Source of the DNA: Pseudovirgaria hyperparasitica
Lineage: Eukaryota
Direction: 5' to 3' (one strand)
NCBI GenBank assembly: GCA_010093815.1
Contig: ML996577.1
DNA length: 64,000 bases
Part shown: in pieces, positions 49,316-58,474 of the stretch
How positions within the stretch are numbered: the first letter of the stretch is position 1
Layout of the letters: every line of letters begins with the position of its first letter
The notes under the pieces: generated by a model
What the model was told of the DNA's origin: nothing
What the model saw: the letters and a program-made list of their open reading frames with translations, nothing else
Databases searched by the model: none
Position numbers and translations under genes: made by a program

Positions 49316-51607
49316 ATGTCCACTATGATGATTGGCCACCGGCGGATACAGATACGAGCGGTCCTATTCGTTGCAGTCATCTTCGTTCTGATCCTCATTT
49401 TCACGGCCTCGTCCACGGGCCTCCACAACCGCTTTCCTCCCTTCAGACCTCATATTCCATCAACAAGCGAGACCACCAAATCACCGAATTCCTCAACCGA
49501 TCCCACATTCGATCATACCTATGACAATATTGACAAAGCACCCGCCTCGGGTGAGAAGGCTCACGACCCATGTGTCCAAGTAGCTCTGAAGGATGGCGGG
49601 ACTTCACCACAAAAAACTGATGGAACATGGGTGCTTGTCACTGGAGGAGCTGGCTTCATCGGTTCAAATCTGGTGGACCGACTGCTCGATCTTGGTTACA
49701 AAGTCCGTGTGTTTGACAGTCTCTACACCGGCTTCCTACGCAATGTTCCTCTGGACGACAATCGCATTGAGTTTGTCTTTGGTGACATTATGGATCCAAA
49801 AGCGTTGGAGCGGGCTGTCAAGGGAGTAGACTACGTCTATCATTTGGCTGCCATGTCCAAGGTAGTACCCTCGCTCAAAAACCCTGAAATGGCTCGTTTC
49901 TGCGTTGAGGTGAATGCGCTCGGAACCTGGAATGTTCTCAATGCCGTTCGTGCAAAGGGTGATATCAAGAAGGTCATCTACGCTGCTTCTTCCACCTACT
50001 ACGGCAACAACAAGCCTCCCCATAGCGAGGAACAAGCTCCCGACTTCCTCACTCCTTATGCTGCTAGTAAATACGAGGGAGAACTCCAAATGCAGATGTT
50101 TGATCGTCTGTTCTCCGTACAGACCATTTCGACACGCTTCTTCATGGTTTACGGTCCTCGCCAGCCCAGCACCGGCGCTTATGCCATTGTCACTGGTGTT
50201 TTCGCGAAGCAGGCAGCCGACGGCAAGCAACTGACCATCGAGGGCGATGGTTCCCACTACAGAGACTTTATCCACGTTTCGGACATTGTAAACGGTCTGA
50301 TCTTGTCTCAGCAATCCCAGGATCTGCACGGCAACGTGGTCAATCTTGGCACTGGAACGGCCTTTTCTGTTCAAGATGTTGCCGATCTTGTGTCCAAAGA
50401 CCAGGTCCACATAGATGGTCGCAAGAATGATCTGGAGGGCACTCTTGCTGATACCTGCAGGATGAAACAACTCCTTAACTACAAGGCGAAGATGGACTTT
50501 ACAAAAGAAATGAGCTATATGGTCAAGGAGACAATGGAAGGTAACGTTTTCATGCAAAAATGGCTTACGCCGCTTCACGCACTCTCAGCCCCGCATCTCC
50601 TTGCTCCTGGGACCCCAGTTTTCAAGTGGCCCAAGGTTCAGAACGATCTGGATGAACTTATTTCATCCTTGGGCAACATCGACACTGCCTCTGACAATGT
50701 TGAACGTAGCATCACCGTCATCCCGTTCAGCCTAGAGAAGAACGATTCCTGGCTCTTCGGCGATATGCTTCTCAATACCATCCATTCTTTGGTACGTTTT
50801 GGTGGTGTCACCCAATACATCGTTGCACCGACAGACAAGGCTGCGCTAGAGCTTTGTATCGAGCTCAATGTTCCTACCTACGACGCTCAGACGGTCAACC
50901 CAGCCGACCTTCTTCATACGCTACTTGGTCTCAACTTCAATGTTCACTTTGCTCAGCTCGGAAATTCGTATGTCAGTCCCGTGCAGACATTTGTACAGGA
51001 AGCATCCAGTAAGAACGGCAATGCCGATCTCATCCAGGCCACTCCATTTGGCGATGTCTTCGTTCGTGCCAACGAAAACTCTCGCACCGCGAGCGCAGCT
51101 TGGTCCCAACAGAAGCCATCATTACCTGCTAATGATATTTTCGTTCCTGCGACATGGCCCGAAAGCCTTACTTTGAAACGCGCAAAGTTCGAAGTGTCTA
51201 CTCTCTGTAAGGGTAGCCTTGGGAAGGGATCTGCCACAAATACGAACGACCAAAAGGCGAAGGCCTCCGAGGAGGCCTTACATCCGAGCGCTGCATACGC
51301 TGCTGAAGCTCAACCAACCTCGGGTCTCTTCCAAGGCAAAGCCAGCCCCGAAAAGCGTGCAGCACCTGCTAAGGCACCTACCGGCCTTTGCGACAGTTCT
51401 CGCTTCTACGTCCCGGCCAGCTGCTCGACCACAAATACCAAATTTACCAACGCTGAGGCCAAAACCATCAAGGAGGCTCTTTCGAACGTTGAACTCTGGC
51501 ACATGACCGAGTGTGAGGACAAAGAGCACTGCGACCGCCAGCAGACGGTACCATTCCGCTGGGTTCAAAGTAAGCCCGACCTGGCTGCTACTGGCGGTCT
51601 GTGCTGA
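49316..51607 (+). CDS. Membrane-anchored NAD-dependent NDP-sugar epimerase/dehydratase (extended SDR) fused to a GT77/nucleotide-diphospho-sugar-transferase-like domain, intronless
   Basis: TM segment AVLFVAVIFVLILIF; SDR motifs VLVTGGAGFIGS, YHLAA, YAASSTYYG, catalytic YAASK, RFFMVYGPRQ and GDGSHYRDFIHVSD; C-terminal DMLLNTIHSL...YIVAPTDKAALELC...LLGLNFNVHF. The SDR call is strong; the C-terminal domain call is weaker. Confidence 0.85.
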   Translation: MSTMMIGHRRIQIRAVLFVAVIFVLILIFTASSTGLHNRFPPFRPHIPSTSETTKSPNSSTDPTFDHTYDNIDKAPASGEKAHDPCVQVALKDGGTSPQKTDGTWVLVTGGAGFIGSNLVDRLLDLGYKVRVFDSLYTGFLRNVPLDDNRIEFVFGDIMDPKALERAVKGVDYVYHLAAMSKVVPSLKNPEMARFCVEVNALGTWNVLNAVRAKGDIKKVIYAASSTYYGNNKPPHSEEQAPDFLTPYAASKYEGELQMQMFDRLFSVQTISTRFFMVYGPRQPSTGAYAIVTGVFAKQAADGKQLTIEGDGSHYRDFIHVSDIVNGLILSQQSQDLHGNVVNLGTGTAFSVQDVADLVSKDQVHIDGRKNDLEGTLADTCRMKQLLNYKAKMDFTKEMSYMVKETMEGNVFMQKWLTPLHALSAPHLLAPGTPVFKWPKVQNDLDELISSLGNIDTASDNVERSITVIPFSLEKNDSWLFGDMLLNTIHSLVRFGGVTQYIVAPTDKAALELCIELNVPTYDAQTVNPADLLHTLLGLNFNVHFAQLGNSYVSPVQTFVQEASSKNGNADLIQATPFGDVFVRANENSRTASAAWSQQKPSLPANDIFVPATWPESLTLKRAKFEVSTLCKGSLGKGSATNTNDQKAKASEEALHPSAAYAAEAQPTSGLFQGKASPEKRAAPAKAPTGLCDSSRFYVPASCSTTNTKFTNAEAKTIKEALSNVELWHMTECEDKEHCDRQQTVPFRWVQSKPDLAATGGLC

Positions 51608-52295
51608 GCGTTTCCGAACAATGTTTCATGAGCAACGCCAGGGGCAGAGGATGATATTGCAGTGATGAAGAGGAAGCGCGAGAGTTCCTGAAATCTTTCA
51701 AAATGGCGCTACATACTTCTGATCAAGTCGGGCAAGTCGGGCATTTTGAGGTGCAACCCTGGTACAGGACGAGGCGTTATCTCAGGCGTAGGCGTGGACA
51801 TACACTTCCGTTATTATTATTTTGTCGTGTGAAATCTCCCCCATTACGTCAGTGTGCCTTTGGAGATTTCCGTCGATTCATAGCGCTTCTAGACCTGCCT
51901 TTAAAACTCGAGGTGGGTCTCGGATGAGAGGGAGAGGAATGTGTGATCCCGCGCGGATCATGGAAGAGGGCTTTTTTTGTAAAGCTGCTCGTTGTATAAT
52001 ATTCTTCTAGTCTGCCGGACTGTCACGCTTTCCTTATACCGTATTTTTTTGGGCATTCCCAGGTGGGGATTCATATGAGCTCTCCAAAAATGGCTACGAC
52101 CGTAACACTATGATCATATAATCATTTGCATGAACTTCTTTGTGTCTTGGTGCAAAATTGGGCTGGCTGATGTATTTCACCCTATATATAGTTATATATA
52201 TAGTTCAAGTAAAGTAAGAGTAAAAAGAGTACGATGAAATAGAGTTTTGTATCAGAACGGGCCACGGCTACGATAAATGACTCAAAATTGCAAAA

Positions 52296-52390
52296 CGACA
52301 AGGGCAGGACTCGAACCTGCGCTCCCGAAGGAATGTGATGCCGGATAGGAATATTCGAGTCACACGCGTTAACCACTCCGCCACCTTGCC
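52296..52390 (-). tRNA. tRNA-Ser(CGA) with a 14-nt intron
   Basis: Sequence GGCAAGG TGGCGGAGTGGTTAACGCG TGTGA CT-CGA-A [TATTCCTATCCGGC] A TCACA, long variable arm TTCCTTCGGGAG, GGTTCGAGTCC T-loop and CCTTGTC-G, followed by TTTT (Pol III terminator). Confidence 0.95.
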
Positions 52391-53001
52391 ATAGATTGAT
52401 AGAATATCCCGACAGTTGACTTATCACAGACTAATCTGGGGGAACAAGTGCGGCCTCAGGATGCGGCTTCTTTTTGTTCTGGTGGGGCACTATCACTGGA
52501 CGGATGAATGAAAGTGGGGGCATTTGGCAGGTATCATTCAGGTATTCTATAAATGTGACTACAGTAAGTAAACATGTGTCATGCTTTATTATAGTTCTCA
52601 GAGGACCTAATCATACCAATCTATAACCTCCATGGCCCCCAATACCTACCGCAAATCAGAATCAATCAATCAATCAATCATAGCAAAAGAAGTGATCAAG
52701 ACCTCTCTACTTCAGAACGCAGCAGAAAGCCAATTACTTTTCATTGTTTCAATTTGTAACATGATCATCATGTGAGGTAGCTAGTCTATCTATATGCGAC
52801 TTTTTTTTCTCAATTCTACTTTGCTACCAACCGAAGCAGCAAGCCGTCAGAACATGTTTTCGAAGTGCACGAACGTAGCCGTGGACCTGGTGGGATTCAT
52901 GGGATGGGATGCAGTGGGATGATAACATCATGTCCGAGCTCCACATTTCCCCCCACCCCTTCTCGTCCCTCGGCTCCCTCCCAAAAGAAAAATGCGCATT
53001 T

Positions 53002-53648
53002 TTACACCATGGCAATGCACTCAATCTCCACCGGCACATTCTTAGGCAGGGTCTTGACAGCGACGCAGCTGCGCGCGGGCTTGTGCGTAAAGTGCGTCTC
53101 GTACGACGCGTTCATGGCGGCGAAATTGGCCATGTCGTCGAGGAAGACTGTGGTCTGTAGTAGTCGAGGTATGTTAGTTTTTTGTGCGTTTTGTTGGGGC
53201 TGCTGTGTATGTATTTCTTGTGCTTTATGTGTGTGTCTCTTTGTGTTTGTGTCTACGGGGTGGGCATGGGAGGAGGAGGAGGACAGGATGTACCTTGATG
53301 ACTTTGGAGATGTCGGAGCCTGCTTCTTTGAGGATGGCCTTGATGTTGGCGACGCAAGCGGTGGTGAGGTCGCCAATGCTGCCCTCGACGATCTTTCCCG
53401 TGGAGTCCATGGGGATTTGGCCCGAGAGGAAGATTGTGGGGCCGACAATTATGGCTTGGGACTGTTGGGGTTGTGAGTCAGATCATCATGATAGGGACTG
53501 AGGCTGGACGAGGGCAGGGAAGAAAGTACGGAGGAGCGTACGTATGGGCCGGCAGCTGGTCAATTGGTTAGCTTGGCTACCGTATGAGGATTGAGGAACG
53601 CATACGTGGTGCTGCCTCAGCAGAGAAGACCTTCTTCATCTCAGCCAT
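53002..53648 (-). CDS. RidA/YjgF/YER057c/UK114 reactive imine deaminase (Mmf1/Hmf1-like), 4 exons; possible upstream start at 53777
   Basis: Spliced MAEMKKVFSAEAAP|PAGPY|SQAIIVGPTIFLSGQIP...VIK|TTVFLDDMANFAAMNASY...KPARSCVAVKTLPKNVPVEIECIA. Includes a 14-nt micro-exon at 53542..53555. Confidence 0.93.
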
Positions 53649-54237
53649 TTTGTATGTGGTTGTTCGGTAAGTGTGATTGGATGATGGATATGGCAGAGGT
53701 ACCCGGGCAAATTGTCGTCGGATTGGAGAGAAGAGCCGTACAGTAGAAGATATGGCGCAGCAGGTCGGCAATTGCATGAGGAAGGAACAAGATAAGAGTG
53801 CGAGATTTATAACTCTTAGATTTTGTTTTGAGCTAGCCAAGGGACCTCTCGTGAGCTTGTCACCAAAATTAGGGTTGAGGTACGTGGTGGGGTCGAACGG
53901 GACTCCCCGCGAATCGCCGCGGATATGCGAAACACTAATGCGCTTCCCGATGTCGGCATTAATAGTGGTCTGAATCTCAAACTTTTGATCGACGTGTGGA
54001 AATGTACATGGGCTGTTGGGTTTGGTATCTTTATACGCAGGACCGGGGTGAAAAAATGCCTGCTCGTTGAAGAACGCGATCTTCTATATGTTTAAAGGCC
54101 GAAACTATCATTAAAACTTATTTTGAAGAACGCCGAATGCGCAAGGAAATATGCAATATCAATCGTGGATTCGTCGAATAGTGGGTGAGAATGATAGACG
54201 TCTAGTCAAAAGACATTACTTCCTCAATGCATGGGTA

Positions 54238-54993
54238 TTATTTGCTGCTCTCGGTTTGACCGGACAATAGAGTAATGGCTGGAGCATCGAGCTTATCGCG
54301 ACCTTTCAAGAAGTCTAGCTCAAGAATAAAGACGTAGCCCAGAAGAGTGCCTCCAAGCTGCTTAACCAGTGAGCCTGCTGCGGCTGCGGAGCCACCTAAT
54401 TCGACAGTTAGTATGTTCGAGTTGTACTTCATGATTGAAATGCAGGACCTACCCGTGGCTATTATGTCGTCCACCACGAGCACACGCTGGCCGGTCTTGA
54501 CTCCGTCACTTTGCATTTGGAAGAAATCCTCTCCATACTCTTTCTTGTAACTAGCAGTCACGGTGGGACCGGGAAGCTTGCCTCTCTTACGAACGGGAAC
54601 GAACGCAGCTCCTAACCGCAGCGCTAATGACGGCCCAAATAGAAAACCTCGTGCATCTAGGCCAACGATTACTTCAGGCCTTTGCTCTCCAAAGTGTTGT
54701 GTGATGTGTAGCTCCAGAGCTTTGATGAGCGACTCGTGCAAGATCGGGTCAGCGAAAATAGGCATGATATCCTCAAAGAGAATGCCAGGCTCAGGAAAGT
54801 CTGGGAATTGACGAAGGGCATTTTTTAGCTTTATCTTAAGACTGGAGAGTTCGGGGGAGCTGGTGGTGGTGGTGGTGGACTGTCCTCGCGGGGCATCTTG
54901 AGTAGTGGGGTCGATGGTTGACGATGAAGGATGGGCGGAGGTGGAGGGAATCGTGTTTGAAGGATGTGTCTGAGTGGAAGGCGAGGACATCAT
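54238..54993 (-). CDS. APT1: Adenine phosphoribosyltransferase, one short intron near 54397..54453
   Basis: Motifs [47 protein letters not shown] motif [13 protein letters not shown] and ELDFLKGR. Confidence 0.95.
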   Translation of the reverse strand: MMSSPSTQTHPSNTIPSTSAHPSSSTIDPTTQDAPRGQSTTTTTSSPELSSLKIKLKNALRQFPDFPEPGILFEDIMPIFADPILHESLIKALELHITQHFGEQRPEVIVGLDARGFLFGPSLALRLGAAFVPVRKRGKLPGPTVTASYKKEYGEDFFQMQSDGVKTGQRVLVVDDIIATGRSCISIMKYNSNILTVELGGSAAAAGSLVKQLGGTLLGYVFILELDFLKGRDKLDAPAITLLSGQTESSK

Positions 54994-57086
54994 GAAGAGA
55001 AGAAAGGAAGAAGTGAGGAGTAGATAAAAGCTGTTGGGGATCGGGATGGTGGTGTCGAGGCGGCAGCGGATGTGCGTGTAAGACGCGCAGAAAAAAATGA
55101 AATTTACATGCTATGGCGTGCCCGGAACGAGCAGGTGAGTGGACCAATTACCCGCTCACAGACCGCTCTTCGAGCAACGTCGTTAGGAGCCCCAGACGAG
55201 TCATTCTTAGGTACACTCAGCGACAACCTACAAACACCAAACAAACAGCGCACTATCTCGTCCATCGTACCTCTCTTTACTCGTAAAGACGCCACGACTA
55301 CGCTCAGGCTCTGGCGCCGCCGCCCTAATCAGCACGCCGCATCCAGGTCGGAGGGGAACAGTACGATGTCTCTTTCAGGGCGCTCATGGAGCCACTGAGG
55401 GTGGGATGGACAAGGATCTACTACCCATGTCGGCACGGAGCAGCCGCAAAGCTACCAGCAGCTCGAGATACTGTTATCGAATAACGGCCAGCTCATTTTA
55501 CACGTGAAAATGACCCCTGAGTACGGACAGCCTTGAGGATCCCGAACTCTGATCCTCTTTTTAAGGCCGCGCGCTGACGAGACTTGCCCGATACCGATCA
55601 TGGCGCTGTATTGTTCGATCAAAAAATTCTCATGAAGGATCTTGTGCTTGAATAGGCTACGACAAACATTGAATCGATTACGATGCTGTTGTGGGAGAAC
55701 ATATGGTTGCCCAGTGTTCTGAACTGACAAATTAAATGGGTATTATTAGGCAACTCAATGCTAGCCCAACTCCACCTGTAGTTGAGGTTTATCTTTGTGG
55801 CGAAGTATCACATTTGTGGAGCAAGAGCCGGTAGTAATGGTGGTGCAGCATCAAGATCTACGTGTCGCCTCCATCCTGGATAATCACAGACATATACATC
55901 TGAGCTGAAGGAGCGACCTCGAAAACCTAGCTCTGTATATGAATGTCGTCCTCGATTGATCTCGGAGATTCTGAGCAGCACTTTTCCGGAAGCCTTCGAG
56001 AAGCCTGCTCTGCTCCACCTCCCGGGCTGTCAGGTCCACAATCTGGGTGCATGGGCCATAAATGCGACACAATGCTTTTGTAATGTCCTCTCCGGACTTA
56101 CTGATGGTTCGGTGTGCATGTGCACGCTCATATATGGAATAATGGCAGGCGCTGGTGCAGTCAAATATCACTAGATGGATTGATTCACATGCGCTCCAGT
56201 CATCTGCGTACACGCATACATCTTCTAGATAACACACCGCACCATTTCAGTTTGCCTGTCTAAGGTGCTATTACATGGCGTCTTAGACCGAGGGATAGTC
56301 ATCGCGCTATGGTTCCTCTCTAGGTTAACGGCTTATGCTTTCTCCACGTGCAGTGTAACAGCAATCTCATTCCGTTACCATTTTGAACTCGAGACAAAGG
56401 ATCGTACGGCGGTTCGTGTGAGGACAGCGAGGAAGAAGTGAAAACCTAGTGGCCCCACAAGTTCCAGCTTTCCTTGAGTCATATCACCGGGAAAGTTTTC
56501 GGGCTAGCTTCAGTAAATTGCTGACATGTAGGTATTATGGAGCCCTTGAAAACCTCAAAAAGGCATACCGATTCTATACACGCATGAGCTGACACACCGC
56601 TTAGCAATTTTGGATACTATACTATTGCCAGTCAATGTGGGTGATCATTAGCTACATCCTGTTCTTGCCTATCTCTTCAATATCAATTAGTCCACAATCT
56701 TATCTATAGTAGGAGGAATCCATCTTATCCCTTCGAGCCAACTTTTCTGCCCTGTAGACTACCATTTAGAGGTTTAAGAAGTAGAATCCTCTTGTCCTGT
56801 GCAGAGGGGATATAGATAAGATGCTAGCCACTCATTGATGCGAACCTCTGGGGCGCAGTTGATGATTGTACCTTTCAGGATAACGCGTTTCTATGATCAG
56901 CTGATGATTGTACATGATTAGGTTACGCGGACACGAAAAAAAGGCTTAGCGTTACGATGAAAAAGGTAAAACGCGTGATTACTCATACAAATCAGGCCAC
57001 ATCCCACCCTTTACCTATTCGTAACCCAACATTACAACTTCCGGCTTCACGATACAGTAAGATTTCAAACTTGGCTCGCGATCGCC

Positions 57087-58474
57087 ATGGGAAGACACGC
57101 GAACCCCGACATCCGTCGTGCGTATGAAGAATTTCATGACAGCGACACGCCAAGCAAGGTAAGTCAACAACATGATTCGAGTACTCGAATTCAACTTCTT
57201 CGCGCACGATCGCAATTGCACACTAACTCTCTTCAGTGTAATAAAGTTCGTTGTCGTCACTGTGGCTATGTTCGCGCAAAAAACACCACACGCCAGATCG
57301 AGCATCTACAAGAATGTCAGAGCTACCTCCAGTCTCCAGAAGCGCTTGCGCACCTAGCAACGATCAATCCTACGAACAGCAATGGCGGCACCGAAATACC
57401 TACACGGCCTCCGGGCCCAGGCATACTCAATGGCACGCATCCAAATCCAAACCTTCACGTCAATCGACGTGGACCAAACCAGAATAAGCGCAATCGCGAT
57501 TCCCTGATGATGCAAAGTGGTCTATCACAACAGCACACGCAACCGTCGGCTGGTCCTCCGCAACCCTCTCCTTCCTTGACGAGTCACCTCCTCGCGTCCT
57601 ACCAGTCGGAGTTCACATCGGCCACGCAGCAGCCTTTCTTATCCCATGCTGGTTGCGGTACGCTCGCAGCTGCACCACTGAACCAGTGGCTTGTACAAGA
57701 CGGACATTATGCACGTGGATACATACGCTTCATCGGCCAGCTCCTCGCGAAGATCAGACTTCCCCAGGTCCAAAACTCACAATTCCATCCAATGTACCGT
57801 ACCATGGATCTCCTCATTTCGGCCTTGAATAATATCAGACGAGAAATGAGCTTCTTCGAGATCACGGTATCAAAATACGGACTGCAGGTCACCGATACCC
57901 CACCAAACCACATCACAAGAGCATACTTAGATCTGTTTGTAAGCGCAAGCAGCTCCAGCGCTTCCTTGCTCGAGGGTATGATCGTCCTATGGGGCACTGA
58001 ACATGTATGTCTACCAAAGCTTTACCACGTCCCAGTCGTCTAATCTTGCTCCAGTGTTATCGCACTGCATGGATGTACGCCGCGAATTTCTCCCATTCTC
58101 TCAGTACTCCCTCGACCGAAACACACGTTGTCGCCCTTCACCAGGCCTTCATCCCCAATTGGACGTCGCCCGCATTCGCAAAGTTCGTAGAAGCCACGCG
58201 TGGACTCGCAGATGAACTTGCCAATGCGACAGTATCGAATGGTAAAGAAGAGATGCTGCGGTGCGAGGAAGTGTTCAAGCAGATTTGCTGGCTTGCGGAA
58301 CGATTTTGGCCCGATGTTGATGGAATGGGTGAAGAAGATGAAAGTGGACGGCTGGGAGCTGGCTTAGGAGGTGGAATAGGCGGTCTTGGAAGCGCTGATT
58401 CAGAAGAACAAGATCAACCTGGCAACTATGGGGCTCTAAATGGGATGACTGATGAAGTGAATGCAGAATCATAA
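57087..58474 (+). CDS. BED-type zinc finger fused to a TenA/THI-4 (heme-oxygenase-like) domain; introns 57159..57236 and ~58004..58054
   Basis: Zinc finger KVRCRHCGYVRAKNTTRQIEHLQEC (C-x2-C...H-x3-C); TenA-like ATQQPFL..AG.GTL, WLVQDGHY, REMSFF, LWGTEHCY..AW, FIPNWTSPAF and RFWPDV. Confidence 0.82.

Noticed and set aside
49736..50578. 280-aa antisense ORF over the epimerase (likewise 60989..61939 over the GH5 gene and ORFs overlapping the AKR and YME2 genes)
   Set aside because: Shadow ORFs caused by the codon bias of the real gene on the opposite strand or frame; no family motifs.
54397..54453. Apparent 19-aa insertion within the APT1 PRPP-binding motif in the ORF track
   Set aside because: It is an in-frame GTAGGT...CTAAC...TAG intron; splicing restores DDIIATGGSA.
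55452..56237. Minus-strand ORF fragments between APT1 and the BED-TenA gene
   Set aside because: Might be a relic, but I could not support a family match or a coherent gene model.
56600..57240. TPP riboswitch or C/D snoRNA near the TenA-like gene
   Set aside because: No CTGAGA...GAACTTGAT...TAAT...GCG core is visible. The TGATGA...CTGA spacing near 56860-56905 is too short for a C/D snoRNA.
53002..58474. RidA, APT1 and the TenA-like gene as a salvage/metabolite-repair cluster
   Set aside because: RidA and APT1 are ordinary housekeeping genes, and I saw no shared motif; adjacency alone is not evidence.
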